Positions 1-10,179 of a stretch of 64,000 bases of DNA are shown here, piece by piece (position 1 is the first letter of the stretch; every line of letters starts with the position of its first letter). The position numbers were made by a program, and so were the translations under genes. Below the pieces are notes generated by a model that was not told the DNA's origin, searched no databases, and saw only the letters and a list, made by a program, of their open reading frames with translations. Source of the stretch: Candidatus Latescibacterota bacterium. Its GTDB lineage: Bacteria; Latescibacterota; UBA2968; GCA-2709665. The stretch is from positions 1,152,001-1,216,000 of the forward strand of contig OZ242180.1 in the NCBI GenBank assembly GCA_965205485.1, in the 5' to 3' direction.

Positions 1-5
1 CAGGC

Positions 6-785
6 ATGCGGATCGATGCGCATATGCACGTCGCCGGTCATCTTGCGTCCGTGGGCTGGCGAGGCAAATGGACCGACGACAGGGCGGTGATCGAAGCGGC
101 GGACCGGCTGGGGATCGATCAGCTTTGCTGTTCGATACCGATTCAGGGATTGGAAAACCCCCGGCCGGACGGCATGCGGGAGGTGAACGACAGCGTCCTG
201 CACGCCATGCGGCGGTTTCCCGATCGCATTCTGGGGTATGTATTTCTGGATCCCCGGTTCCGGAACGAAGCGAAGGATGAAATCGACCGGTGTATTCTGA
301 AGCACGGTATGATGGGCGTGAAGCTTTACAACCAGTGCAGGTGCTGGGACCCCGTGGTGTTGCCCATTGTGGAGCGGTGCATCGATCTGGGGGTGCCGAT
401 TCTTCACCACGGGGGAAAGCAGACGCCGGTTTCCGGCAGGCCATGGCAGACGTACCGCTCGGACAGTGGGGACTTTGCGCGGCTGGCGCGACTGTATCCG
501 GAAGTTGCCATTATCGAGGGGCATCCGATCGTGGGAGACTGGGAGTGGGCGATCAAGACGCTGCGGGATGTCCCGAACGTCTACGTGGACACCAGCGGAA
601 GCCTGAACGACGACGGGTTCATCGAGATGGCCGTGCGCGAGTTGGGGGCGGCCCGTGTGCTGTTTGCCACGGATGTGTCGATGGAGGCCGGGGTGGGCAA
701 GGTGTTGGGAGCGGCAATCACGGCGCCGCAACGCAAGGGAATCTTCGGGGGAAATATGAAACGAATTATGCAGCAACGAGTGTAA
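6..785 (+). CDS. Amidohydrolase family protein (Amidohydro_2, TIM barrel)
   Basis: N-terminal IDAHMH metal motif, GVKLY, PILHHG, VYVDTSG and VLFATD motifs. Confidence 0.85.
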   Translation: MRIDAHMHVAGHLASVGWRGKWTDDRAVIEAADRLGIDQLCCSIPIQGLENPRPDGMREVNDSVLHAMRRFPDRILGYVFLDPRFRNEAKDEIDRCILKHGMMGVKLYNQCRCWDPVVLPIVERCIDLGVPILHHGGKQTPVSGRPWQTYRSDSGDFARLARLYPEVAIIEGHPIVGDWEWAIKTLRDVPNVYVDTSGSLNDDGFIEMAVRELGAARVLFATDVSMEAGVGKVLGAAITAPQRKGIFGGNMKRIMQQRV

Positions 786-803
786 CTACTGAACACGAAG
801 CGC

Positions 804-831
804 TTGACGGCAATACGTTTTTGTTTATATT
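804..831 (+). promoter_or_regulatory. Putative sigma-70 promoter of the radical SAM gene
   Basis: TTGACG-N16-TATATT in an AT-rich intergenic stretch; palindrome TTCCAC-AAC-GTGGAA at 878-892 downstream. Confidence 0.45.
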
Positions 832-928
832 CTCTTTGCCTCTCGCATTGGCCAACCGGTATTGCCGTAACTCTACGTTCCACAACGTGGAAACGGGTTC
901 ATTTGGACCATTTTGAAGGGACCTTCAG

Positions 929-2866
929 ATGAGTTTTCGCGACCGCGTCGTTTCGGGGGCAGCCAACGTCGCCTGGAATGTCTTCCAGAGCGTGAATACC
1001 AGGCTCCCCGAGGGTCAGCCATTCCAGCCTGAATGGGCGTCGGCGCCGCTGTTGAAGAGCTATCAGCGGTCCATGCCCACACTCGGTTTTCCGCGTGAAA
1101 CCGATTCGCTGTGTCCCGATTGCGTGAAGGAGGTCCGGACCGCCATCATCGAAGGCACCCGGGACATTGGGGAACTCGTGCACGGCAATCCCGGTGAGAT
1201 CAAGGCGCAGATCCTCGAGGAAAACGGATGCATTCTGATGCGGAAGACGTGTTCGGTCCATGGCCCGTATGAGGACGTACTCTCAATCGATCCGGAATTT
1301 ACGCGCATTATAGAAAACCGGTTTCCGGGGCGTGATTACAGCACCTGGGGAGACGAACACATCCACCGCCACGGCACGTCCAGCATCAAATACGGGCGGG
1401 GGGCGGTGCTGACGATTGACCTGACCAACCGCTGCAATATGATGTGCAATCCCTGTTTCATGGACGCGAACCAGGTCGGTTACGTCCACGAACTGACGAT
1501 GGACGACGTAAAGCGGATCCTGGACGCATCGATTTCCTTCAAGCCGCGCCGGCAGATGTCGGTACAGTTTTCGGGCGGAGAACCCACGATTTCGCCCCAT
1601 TTTCTCGACGCGTGCCGGTATGCCAAAGAGGTCGGATACTGGTGCGTGCAGGCGGCGACCAACGGGCTTCGTTTCGCCGAAGAACCGGATTTCGCGTTCG
1701 AGGCGAAGGCGGCCGGTTTCGACATGGCGTACCTGCAGTTCGACGGCGTAACCAATGCGGCCAACCAGCACCGGCACATTTCCAACCTGTTCGACGCCAA
1801 GCTGCTGGCCATGGAGAACCTCTCCCGCGCCGGTATAGATATCACGCCCGTCACGACCGTTTTGAACTCCATCAACAACGATCAGGTAGGGCCGATTCTC
1901 CAGTTCTGCATCGACAACAGCGACAAGGTCGGTTCGATTTCCTTCCAGCCCGTTTCGTTTACCGGGCGCGACGAGGATATCTCCGACGAGATGCGGCATC
2001 GGCAGCGCTATACCATTTCACACCTCGCCCACGATCTCCAGTCGTGGTCAGGGGGGAAGATCGACGCCCACCGGGATTGGTACCCCCTGGGATCGGGGAC
2101 GCTGTTTACCACGCTTGCCGACCATCTGCGCGGGCAGGACGTTGAGTTCGGGGGACAAACCTGCTCCTGCCATCCCAATTGCGGTTCCGCCGTCCATATT
2201 GTCGTGAACGAGAAGACCAGGCAGTGGGCGTCCATTACCCAGTTCTTCAACCAGGAACAGTTCATGAAGGACATCGAGGTGATGACGGACACCGCGCGCG
2301 ACCCCGGATGGATCAAGATGCAGGTGGGCATGTCGCTGCTTCGGAATTTCAACCCGCGGAGAGCGCCGGCCGGGTTCGGCATTCAGGATCTCGCGCGCAT
2401 ACTGGACCGCAGGGTGGGGGGTTCCATCAGCGGCGGTCCGAGGCCGGACGACAGGCAATGGCGCATCATGTGGGTGGGCGGAATGTGGTTCCAGGACCTG
2501 TGGACCTACGATTTCCGCCGGACTGAAATGTGCGTGATCCCTTACGGTACCCAGGAAGGCGAAATCTCCTTCTGCGCGTACAACACGGGGGTCGGTTGGC
2601 GTCAGATCATAGAGAATATGCATATGACCGCCTCAACGGCGGACTGGTTCAAGACGAGGGGCCGGCACCCCATCTATGCGGGCAACCGCGACATGCCGCT
2701 TCCGGGGGCGGAACACACACTGCGGGTCCGGGAGACGGAAGACGGCGAACTCGAGCTTCCCGTCATAGACGGTAATCATGACGGCAACGGATGCTGCGGC
2801 TCCGAAGAGGACGCCATTCGCAAGATCATCGCGGCGCCCGACACACGGGAGCCGGTGTCCTCCTGA
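929..2866 (+). CDS. Radical SAM protein, tetraether lipid synthase (Tes/GDGT-MAS, MJ0619) family homolog
   Basis: N-terminal SLCPDC...KTCSVHG metal site, DLTNRCNMMCNPC radical SAM motif, SGGEPT, YLQFDG, FQPVSFTGR, and C-terminal CSCHPNC plus CVIPY...ISFCAYN auxiliary-cluster motifs. Confidence 0.8.
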   Translation: MSFRDRVVSGAANVAWNVFQSVNTRLPEGQPFQPEWASAPLLKSYQRSMPTLGFPRETDSLCPDCVKEVRTAIIEGTRDIGELVHGNPGEIKAQILEENGCILMRKTCSVHGPYEDVLSIDPEFTRIIENRFPGRDYSTWGDEHIHRHGTSSIKYGRGAVLTIDLTNRCNMMCNPCFMDANQVGYVHELTMDDVKRILDASISFKPRRQMSVQFSGGEPTISPHFLDACRYAKEVGYWCVQAATNGLRFAEEPDFAFEAKAAGFDMAYLQFDGVTNAANQHRHISNLFDAKLLAMENLSRAGIDITPVTTVLNSINNDQVGPILQFCIDNSDKVGSISFQPVSFTGRDEDISDEMRHRQRYTISHLAHDLQSWSGGKIDAHRDWYPLGSGTLFTTLADHLRGQDVEFGGQTCSCHPNCGSAVHIVVNEKTRQWASITQFFNQEQFMKDIEVMTDTARDPGWIKMQVGMSLLRNFNPRRAPAGFGIQDLARILDRRVGGSISGGPRPDDRQWRIMWVGGMWFQDLWTYDFRRTEMCVIPYGTQEGEISFCAYNTGVGWRQIIENMHMTASTADWFKTRGRHPIYAGNRDMPLPGAEHTLRVRETEDGELELPVIDGNHDGNGCCGSEEDAIRKIIAAPDTREPVSS

Positions 2867-2892
2867 GCGTACCGCCCTCAGACGTCGAACCG

Positions 2893-2924
2893 ATCCGGGC
2901 AGAAGTCGTGTCCGGATTTTTTTT
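2893..2924 (+). terminator. Rho-independent terminator
   Basis: ATCCGGGCA...TGTCCGGAT stem followed by a T-tract right after the radical SAM stop codon. Confidence 0.65.
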
Positions 2925-2979
2925 CGGGGCCGGTTGAAAGGGTTCTTTCCCGCGCAGCCCCGGAGTTACGGCAAACGAA

Positions 2980-3008
2980 TTGACAATTCCGCAGCATTTG
3001 CTTATCAT
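2980..3008 (+). promoter_or_regulatory. Sigma-70 promoter of the tig-clpPX operon
   Basis: TTGACA-N17-TATCAT. Confidence 0.65.
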
Positions 3009-3061
3009 TTGCGTTTGGATCGTTTTGAGGAATACAACCTGAACATGCACGCGTCGGAAGG

Positions 3062-4369
3062 ATGCCGGACGTCATGAAGGTGACCGTTTCAGAGGCGGAT
3101 ACGTGGCGCAGGACGCTCGAGGTCGAGGTACCGGACGAAGACGTGCGCCGGCGATTTGAGACCGCATACAAGAATTACAGTAAATCGTTGAATTTGCCGG
3201 GCTTTCGCAAGGGAAAGATACCTGTGAACCTGGTTAAAAAGCGGTTCGGCAAGGCGATCCAGGGCGAGGTACTGCAGGAGGTGATTCAGGAGTACTACCG
3301 TGAGGCCAGCCGATCGGAGGGACTGACTCCCATCTCGGAAGCCACCATCGAAGACGTGAACTACGAAGAGGGACAGCCGCTGAAGTTCACGGCTTCTGTC
3401 GATGTCAAGCCCGAAATCGTGGTACAGGATTACCGGGGCCTGAAAACCACCCGCCCGGTATTCGAAGTCGCCGACGCCGATATCGAAGAGCAACTCCAGC
3501 GCGTCCGGGAACAGAACGCCACGGAGCAGGAAGTCGACCGGCCTGCGGAATCGGGCGACGTTGTCGTTGCGGATCTTCAGGAACTGGATGAGAACGGGCT
3601 GCCGATTATCGGCCGCAAACAGGAAGAGCGGCCGTTTCATATTGGCGGGAACAACGCCAACCACGACCTCGACAACCAGCTGGTGGGCATCTCCACGGGC
3701 GAAACCCGGCAGATTCGGCTGACGCATGCGGAGGGAGACGAACACGAAGCCCACGCCGGCGGCGCCCATCACGAGGAGGGTCGTGAGATCCGCATGATGT
3801 TCTCCGCCAGGGAGGTCCGGGAACGCACGCTGCCGGAACTGGACGACGAGTTCGCCCGGGACCAGGGTCAGTTCGAGTCCCTCGATGAATTCAGGGCTCA
3901 GATCCGGACGGACCTCAAGACGCAGGCGGACTTCGCCTCGCGTCGCTACCTCGAGGGCCACATCGTTGACGAGCTGATTCGAAAGAACGCGTTCGATCTC
4001 CCTGAGACCATGATCGAGAACGCGCTCGACACACTGGTGGAGAATCAGAAGAAGGAACACGAGGGGCACGACCACGAAATCGATGAAGAAGCGCTCCGCC
4101 GCGAAGGCCGGGAGGGCACCATTCGCGGGTTGAAGCGTCATCTATTATTGGAGGCCATTCAAAAGCAGGAAGATCTGGTGGTGGAAGCGGCGGACGTGGA
4201 CCGCCAGCTCGACGTCATGTCGCGTCGATACAACACGGAACGCGAGCAACTCCGCCAGATACTCAAGCGTTCGGACCAGATCGAACGAATCGAGTCCAAC
4301 CTGCTGACGGAAAAGACGTTCGATCTACTGATCGAACACGCGGAAATCGAAGACGTCGAGGCGAAATAG
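3062..4369 (+). CDS. tig: Trigger factor
   Basis: [10 protein letters not shown] ribosome-binding motif, FKBP-like middle domain with LPELDDEFA, position upstream of clpP-clpX. Confidence 0.95.
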   Translation: MPDVMKVTVSEADTWRRTLEVEVPDEDVRRRFETAYKNYSKSLNLPGFRKGKIPVNLVKKRFGKAIQGEVLQEVIQEYYREASRSEGLTPISEATIEDVNYEEGQPLKFTASVDVKPEIVVQDYRGLKTTRPVFEVADADIEEQLQRVREQNATEQEVDRPAESGDVVVADLQELDENGLPIIGRKQEERPFHIGGNNANHDLDNQLVGISTGETRQIRLTHAEGDEHEAHAGGAHHEEGREIRMMFSAREVRERTLPELDDEFARDQGQFESLDEFRAQIRTDLKTQADFASRRYLEGHIVDELIRKNAFDLPETMIENALDTLVENQKKEHEGHDHEIDEEALRREGREGTIRGLKRHLLLEAIQKQEDLVVEAADVDRQLDVMSRRYNTEREQLRQILKRSDQIERIESNLLTEKTFDLLIEHAEIEDVEAK

Positions 4370-4421
4370 GACGGCCCGCGATACGTATTTCGGCAAGGAG
4401 AGGGAGGGAGAGCACACGCTT

Positions 4422-5036
4422 ATGGCACTTGTACCCATGGTATTGGAGAAGACGGGGCTCGGCGAACGGTCTTACGACATCTTCTCCCGTCTCTTGCGGG
4501 ACAATATAATCTTCATCGGGTTTCCAATTAACGATACCATCGCAAACCTGGTGATCGCGCAGATGCTGTTCTGCAGTTCGGAATCGCCGGAAAAGACCAT
4601 TCGGCTGTATATCAATTCGCCCGGTGGCAGCATTACAGCCGGGCTGGCGATTTACGATACCATGCAGTACGTGCCCAACGAGGTTGAAACCGTGTGCGTC
4701 GGACAGGCATTCAGTATCGCCGCCGTACTCCTCGCCGGAGGCACCAGGGGACAGCGTCGCGCCCTCCCGAATTCCAGGATCCTGGTCCATCAGCCCATGG
4801 GCGGCGCGGGCGGACAGGCTTCCGACGTGGAACGTCACGCCAAAGAAATCCTCCAGTGGCGGGACAGGCTGAACGAGATCCTGGCGGAACAGACCGGGCA
4901 GCCGATAGAGCGGGTCGCCAAGGATGCCGACCGGGATTTCTTCATGTCCGCCGCCGAGGCCATGGAGTACGGCGTGATCGATGAGGTACTGGCGCCAAGC
5001 AAGGAAGAAAGTCTGGCGATTGAGGACGACGAGTAA
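4422..5036 (+). CDS. clpP: ATP-dependent Clp protease proteolytic subunit
   Basis: [19 protein letters not shown], catalytic Ser (GQAFS), His (HQP) and Asp (DRD). Confidence 0.96.
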   Translation: MALVPMVLEKTGLGERSYDIFSRLLRDNIIFIGFPINDTIANLVIAQMLFCSSESPEKTIRLYINSPGGSITAGLAIYDTMQYVPNEVETVCVGQAFSIAAVLLAGGTRGQRRALPNSRILVHQPMGGAGGQASDVERHAKEILQWRDRLNEILAEQTGQPIERVAKDADRDFFMSAAEAMEYGVIDEVLAPSKEESLAIEDDE

Positions 5037-5098
5037 ACGGTTGCAGTTGGGCGACAAAAACGCCCAACTTCCACGATTGCGTTATCCTGGGTGAATGT

Positions 5099-6340
5099 AT
5101 GAAGCGACGAACTTCCAGAGCCGAGGTGCGGTGCTCTTTCTGCGACAAGGGCAACGACCAGGTCGACAAGATCATCACGGGGACTTCGGTGCACATTTGC
5201 AGCGACTGTGTCAAACTTTGCAACGAAGTGCTGCAGGAGGACGCCAGACAGAAGCCGGTTTCGTCGCGGCAGAAGCTGCCCAAACCGGCGACGATCAAAA
5301 CCCGGCTCGACGATTACGTGATCGGGCAGGAGGCGGCCAAGCGCACGCTTTCCGTCGCCGTCTACAATCACTATAAGCGGATCCGGTCCCGCGTCATCAC
5401 GGACGACGTTGAGCTCGAAAAGAGCAATATTCTGCTCGTCGGGCCCACCGGAACCGGGAAGACCCTGCTTGCCCAGACGCTCGCGCGCATCCTGGACGTT
5501 CCGTTCTCCATCGCGGACGCGACCATTCTCACGGAAGCCGGATACGTGGGCGAAGACGTTGAGAATATCCTGGTCCGCCTGCTGCAGGCGGCCGACTACG
5601 ACGTGGCGCAGGCGGAAATGGGCATTCTCTACCTGGACGAAGTCGACAAGATTTCGAGGAAGGCGGCCAATCCGTCGATTACCCGCGACGTATCGGGGGA
5701 GGGCGTGCAGCAGGCCCTGTTGAAAATCCTCGAGGGCACCGTTGCCAGCATTCCGCCGAAGGGAGGACGGAAACACCCCGAGCAGCCACTGATCCAGGTG
5801 AATACGCGAAATATTCTGTTCATATGCGGCGGCGCATTCGACGGCCTGGAAGAGGTTATCAGCAACCGGATTGGTGAAAAGACCATCGGTTTCGGCGCGA
5901 AGGATGGTCCCGGAGAAAAACGGAACGCGGGCGCCTTCTTTGCCGAGGTGGAGCCGGAGGACCTCATCAGGTACGGCCTGATTCCCGAGCTGGTCGGCAG
6001 GCTGCCCATAACGTGTTCCCTGAGCGATCTCGATGAAACTGCATTGTACAAGATTCTGACCGAGCCGAAGAATGCGATAACCAAGCAGTATCAGAAATTG
6101 TTCGAAATGGATGGCGCCGATCTCGAATTCGAAGACGGGGCCCTGAACGAGGTGGTGCGGCGAACCGTCCAGAAGGGTACGGGCGCCAGGGGGTTGCGTT
6201 CCGTTCTGGAGGACATCATGATCGATCTGATGTACGACCTTCCGTCCTCCCCGGATCGCAAGCGGATTGTGGTCACGAAGGAAATGGTGGCCGGCAAGTC
6301 CAAACCCCGCCTTCACATTGAAGAGAAGAAAAGCGCGTAG
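5099..6340 (+). CDS. clpX: ATP-dependent Clp protease ATP-binding subunit
   Basis: C4 zinc finger CSFC...CSDC, Walker [13 protein letters not shown] pore loop, RKH and IGF loops. Confidence 0.97.
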   Translation: MKRRTSRAEVRCSFCDKGNDQVDKIITGTSVHICSDCVKLCNEVLQEDARQKPVSSRQKLPKPATIKTRLDDYVIGQEAAKRTLSVAVYNHYKRIRSRVITDDVELEKSNILLVGPTGTGKTLLAQTLARILDVPFSIADATILTEAGYVGEDVENILVRLLQAADYDVAQAEMGILYLDEVDKISRKAANPSITRDVSGEGVQQALLKILEGTVASIPPKGGRKHPEQPLIQVNTRNILFICGGAFDGLEEVISNRIGEKTIGFGAKDGPGEKRNAGAFFAEVEPEDLIRYGLIPELVGRLPITCSLSDLDETALYKILTEPKNAITKQYQKLFEMDGADLEFEDGALNEVVRRTVQKGTGARGLRSVLEDIMIDLMYDLPSSPDRKRIVVTKEMVAGKSKPRLHIEEKKSA

Positions 6341-6434
6341 GATCGGCTCTATCGTTTCGTGCGCCTTCGGAACCGGGGTCCATTGCCCCGGTTTTCTATG
6401 TGTCCGGCAATGAACACGTCCCCGGCTGCCCGTT

Positions 6435-7022
6435 ATGCAGATCCGTTCCGCCGATTTTGTGACCAGCGTCGCCCATCCGGACCGGCTGCCGATGGAAGGA
6501 CTGCCGGAAATCGCCTTCGCCGGCCGTTCGAACGTGGGGAAATCCTCCCTCCTCAACCGGCTGTTGAACCGCAGGCAACTGGCGGGCACCAGCAAGACGC
6601 CGGGCAAGACGCGTACCCTCAACTACTACCGCGTCAACGGGGCGCTGCATTTCGTGGATCTGCCCGGTTACGGTTACGCAAAGCGGGGGCTGCAGGAGCG
6701 CCGTCAGTGGGCCGAACTGATCAACGGATATCTGGATACGCGGACCTCATTGCGCGGCATCTTGCATCTGATGGATGCCCGGCACGACCCAACGGCCAGC
6801 GACGTGGAGTTGGCGTCCTGGCTCATGCAGTTCGACCGTCCGTTTCTGGTGGTTGCCACCAAAGCTGACAAGCTCCCGGGAAGCCGGCGGAAGTCGCGGC
6901 TGGACCGGACGCGGGAACTGCTTTCCGGGGTGGGCGAATTCGACCTCGTACCGTTTTCGGCGGTATCCGGTCTGGGCAGGCTGGCTGTCTGGAGGTGGAT
7001 CCGGGATGTCGTTGAAGAATAG
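6435..7022 (+). CDS. engB: Ribosome biogenesis GTPase YihA/YsxC
   Basis: GRSNVGKSS, SKTPGKT, DLPGYGYA and TKAD motifs; follows clpX. Confidence 0.95.
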   Translation: MQIRSADFVTSVAHPDRLPMEGLPEIAFAGRSNVGKSSLLNRLLNRRQLAGTSKTPGKTRTLNYYRVNGALHFVDLPGYGYAKRGLQERRQWAELINGYLDTRTSLRGILHLMDARHDPTASDVELASWLMQFDRPFLVVATKADKLPGSRRKSRLDRTRELLSGVGEFDLVPFSAVSGLGRLAVWRWIRDVVEE

Positions 7023-8199
7023 TCCCGCGTGTGTCGAATATCGCGGTTCGCCCGATGGGCTGAAGCGGCAACGGCTTTTTACACCCGGTCCGACACCCAT
7101 TCCCGAAAGGGTCCAGGCCGCGATGGCCGGAACCCCGGTCTATCACCGCGGCCCGGCATTCCCCGCGCTGCTTCGAAATGCGGTCCAGGGGCTACAGGAG
7201 GTCTATCCCACGTCCTGTGACGTGTTCCTCCTCTCCTGCTCGGGCACGGGCGCGATGGAGGCCGCGGTTGCCAATACCCTCTGTGCCGGAGACCGGGCCC
7301 TGGTCGTGCAGGCGGGGCAGTTCGGCGCGCGGTGGACGGACCTCTGCCGGGCTTACGGGGTTGAGGTGGTCGAACGTGAGTTTCCCTGGGGCGAGGCGGT
7401 GGACCCGCAGGTCGTGGCCGAGGCGCTGCGGGACGACCCCGGTTTGCGGGCCGTGTTCGCCACACACAGCGAGACCTCGACAGGCGTCTTGCACGACATC
7501 GCCGCAATCGGCGAGACCGTAAGGGAAACAGATGCGCTGTTCGTCGTGGACGGCGTCTCCAGCGTGGCGGCTCACCCGCTGCCTCTGGAGGCGTGGAACG
7601 TGGACCTGGCGGTCACGGCGTCCCAGAAGGGGCTGATGCTTCCTCCGGGTATGGGTATCGCGGCGGTGGGGCCGCGGGCATGGAAGGCGCACGGGAGGTC
7701 CCGGCTTCCGAAATACTATTGGGATCTGGAGGGTTACAGGAGGTCGATGGCGGAGGGCCGGGCGCCGGCCACGCTGCCGGTTACGCTGCTGGCGGGTCTT
7801 CGGGCCGCGCTGCAGATGCTCCGCGAGGAGGGTATCCCGCGGGTCTGGGAACGGCATGCCCGGCATGCGCGAGCGGTGCGGCGGTCCGTGGCGGCGCTGG
7901 GACTGACCTGTTTCGCGCGGCGGCCTTCAAACGCGCTGACGGCGATTTTGCTGCCCGAGAGCGTTGACGGCCTCGCGTTAATGGAAACCATGCGGCGCGA
8001 GTGCGGCGTGGTCGTCGGCGGCGGGCTGGGCGATTACAGGGGCCGGATGGTGCGGATTTCCAACCTTGGGCACGTGGACGATGCCGGAATTCTGGAGGCA
8101 GTTTCGGCGCTTGAAATCGGTCTTTGGCGGACCGGATGGGAATTCGAAGCAGGCGTGGGCGTGAGGACTGCGCAGCACGTGCTGACGGCTGACTGCTGA
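7006..8199 (+). CDS. Class V PLP aminotransferase (alanine-glyoxylate/serine-pyruvate type; possible SerC substitute)
   Basis: LFTPGPT, SGTGAME, HSETSTG, DGVSS and SQKGLMLPPG motifs. The start was moved to ATG 7006 (GGAGG upstream) from the ORF-track start at 6775. Confidence 0.88.
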   Translation: MSLKNSPACVEYRGSPDGLKRQRLFTPGPTPIPERVQAAMAGTPVYHRGPAFPALLRNAVQGLQEVYPTSCDVFLLSCSGTGAMEAAVANTLCAGDRALVVQAGQFGARWTDLCRAYGVEVVEREFPWGEAVDPQVVAEALRDDPGLRAVFATHSETSTGVLHDIAAIGETVRETDALFVVDGVSSVAAHPLPLEAWNVDLAVTASQKGLMLPPGMGIAAVGPRAWKAHGRSRLPKYYWDLEGYRRSMAEGRAPATLPVTLLAGLRAALQMLREEGIPRVWERHARHARAVRRSVAALGLTCFARRPSNALTAILLPESVDGLALMETMRRECGVVVGGGLGDYRGRMVRISNLGHVDDAGILEAVSALEIGLWRTGWEFEAGVGVRTAQHVLTADC

Positions 8200-8330
8200 C
8201 AGTTTGTTTACCCTGCGCATTGACCCGGGCAACCACAAGGGTTGCCGTTGAAGAAGTACTGATGAGCGTGGACGTTGCCTGTCTGGCCTTTTGCTGTACG
8301 CTGACGGCTGAACGCTGACAGCTGACAGCT
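8181..8330. repeat. GCTGA(C/T)(A/G) heptamer tandem repeats flanking a REP-like hairpin
   Basis: Runs at ~8181 and ~8300, with GGGCAACCACAAGGGTTGCC between them. The same heptamer runs occur at ~10129-10159 and ~46925-46953. Confidence 0.7.
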
Positions 8331-8342
8331 TGTTTGATAACT

Positions 8343-9929
8343 ATGAAGCGGGTTTTAATCGCAGATACGTTGTCCCGCGGCTGGCTAAGTGTGTTCGCGG
8401 AGGCGCCGGATGTCCGGGTGGACGTCCGGACGGGCCTCTCGCCGGAGGCGCTGGCGCGTGAAATCGGCGCCTACGACGGGATGATCATTCGAAGCGAAAC
8501 GCACGTGACCCGGGAGATACTGGCAGCGGCGCACCGGCTCCGCGTGATCGGACGCGCCGGAGTCGGTGTGGACAATATTGACGTTGGGGCCGCCACGGAG
8601 CGGGGCGTGGTGGTGGTGCATTCGCCCGGCGGGAACACCATTGCCACGGCCGAACATACCGTTGGGATGCTGCTTGCGCTCAGCCGTAACATTCCGCAGG
8701 CCACCGCTTCTCTGAAACGCGGGGCGTGGGAACGAAAGTCCTATACGGGCGTGGAGTTGAACGGAAAGGCGCTGGGTATTATCGGCGTGGGTCGGGTGGG
8801 ACAGCACGTCGCCCGCATGGCACGGGCTCTGGGGATGACGGCACTGGGTCACGATCCGTTCCTTTCCGAAGAGATGGCCGCCAGATACCAGGTGAAGCTG
8901 ACGTCCCTGGAAGAAATCTACGCGACGTCGGATTATATCACGCTTCACACGCCGCTGATGGAGGCCACGCGCCACCTGATTTCGGCGGCGTCACTGGAGA
9001 AATGCAAAACCGGGGTGCGCATTCTCAACTGTGCGCGGGGCGGGCTGGTTGACGAGAAGGCGCTTCTGAATGCAATCGAGGACGGAAGGGTGGCGGGAGC
9101 CGCGCTAGACGTGTACGAGGAGGAACCCCCGCCGAAGGACCACCCGCTTCTCCGGCGTCGCGAGGTGATCTGCACGCCGCATCTGGCCGCTTCAACCACG
9201 GAGGCGCAGGACCGTGTGGCGCGCCAGATCGCACAGGACGTCTGGGAGGTCCTGAAGGACAGGCCGGCACACCGGGCGGTCAATATGCCTTCGGTGGATC
9301 CGTCGCTTTACGAGGACGTCCGTCCGTACCTCCTGTTGGCCGAGAAGGTGGGCGCGTTGCAGGCCCGGTTGAGCCGGGGCAGCCTGCGGCGAATCGCCAT
9401 CGAGTACCACGGAGACATCCTGAAATTCGCAACCTCGCCGATGACGGCGGCGGTTTTGAAGGGGGCGATTACGAATCTGACGGATGAACTCGTGACGTAC
9501 GTGAACGCCCCTCTTTTCGCGCAGAAACGCGGGGTCAAGATCGACGAGACGCGGAGCAGCGCCCACAAGGACTATACGAATCTGATGACGGTGGATTACG
9601 AAACGACGGCGGGAAGGACCTCGATATCGGCCACCGTTTTCGGCAGCAGCGACGCGCGGGTCGTGCGCATCGACCGTTTCGAAGTGAAGGCCAGACTGGA
9701 AGGCGACGTGCTGATCTGCTGCAACCGCGACGTTCCGGGCGTGGTCGGCTGGATCGGGACGCTCCTGGCCGAAGAGGAACTCAATATTGCCGATATGGCG
9801 CTGGGGCGGGACAGCCGGGGCGGGCAGGCCATCATGATGATCAGCCTGGATTCGCCCGCGCCGGAGGACGTGTTGAAGCGCATCGCCGAAGCGCCGGAAT
9901 TCCTGTGGGTGAGGCAGGCGAAATTCTAA
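8343..9929 (+). CDS. serA: D-3-phosphoglycerate dehydrogenase (long form with ASB and ACT domains)
   Basis: GRAGVGVDNID, GVGRVG, NCARGG, PHLAAST and a C-terminal ACT domain (NRDVPGVVG). Confidence 0.95.
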   Translation: MKRVLIADTLSRGWLSVFAEAPDVRVDVRTGLSPEALAREIGAYDGMIIRSETHVTREILAAAHRLRVIGRAGVGVDNIDVGAATERGVVVVHSPGGNTIATAEHTVGMLLALSRNIPQATASLKRGAWERKSYTGVELNGKALGIIGVGRVGQHVARMARALGMTALGHDPFLSEEMAARYQVKLTSLEEIYATSDYITLHTPLMEATRHLISAASLEKCKTGVRILNCARGGLVDEKALLNAIEDGRVAGAALDVYEEEPPPKDHPLLRRREVICTPHLAASTTEAQDRVARQIAQDVWEVLKDRPAHRAVNMPSVDPSLYEDVRPYLLLAEKVGALQARLSRGSLRRIAIEYHGDILKFATSPMTAAVLKGAITNLTDELVTYVNAPLFAQKRGVKIDETRSSAHKDYTNLMTVDYETTAGRTSISATVFGSSDARVVRIDRFEVKARLEGDVLICCNRDVPGVVGWIGTLLAEEELNIADMALGRDSRGGQAIMMISLDSPAPEDVLKRIAEAPEFLWVRQAKF

Positions 9930-10093
9930 AAGCGGTGAGACGGAAGAGGTGAGACGGGAGAAGAAACTCTTGCCCGTTACGTTATTCCTTCTTGCCTCCG
10001 GCACGAGAAGATATCTTACAGGGCAGGCAATCTCTACCCTTGGTTCTGCAGGGCGACCGGCCGGTCGCCCCTACGAAAACGGGCACCCGTGAA

Positions 10094-10122
10094 TTGACAT
10101 CGCGTGTCCGTATCGTTAACCT
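10094..10122 (+). promoter_or_regulatory. Putative sigma-70 promoter of purA
   Basis: TTGACA-N17-TAACCT. Confidence 0.5.
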
Positions 10123-10179
10123 GGTTTGGCTGACGGCTGATAGCTGACAGCTGATAGCAGTTTTTTTGGGAGATAAACC

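Noticed and set aside
847..866. Sigma-54 site upstream of the Tes-like gene
   Set aside because: The GG-to-GC spacing does not fit the required 10 bp.
4835..6622. Long antisense ORFs (595 aa here; also 30371-32398, 17749-19254, 3089-4141, 39759-41090)
   Set aside because: These are shadow frames opposite well-conserved genes in GC-rich DNA, with no recognisable motifs.
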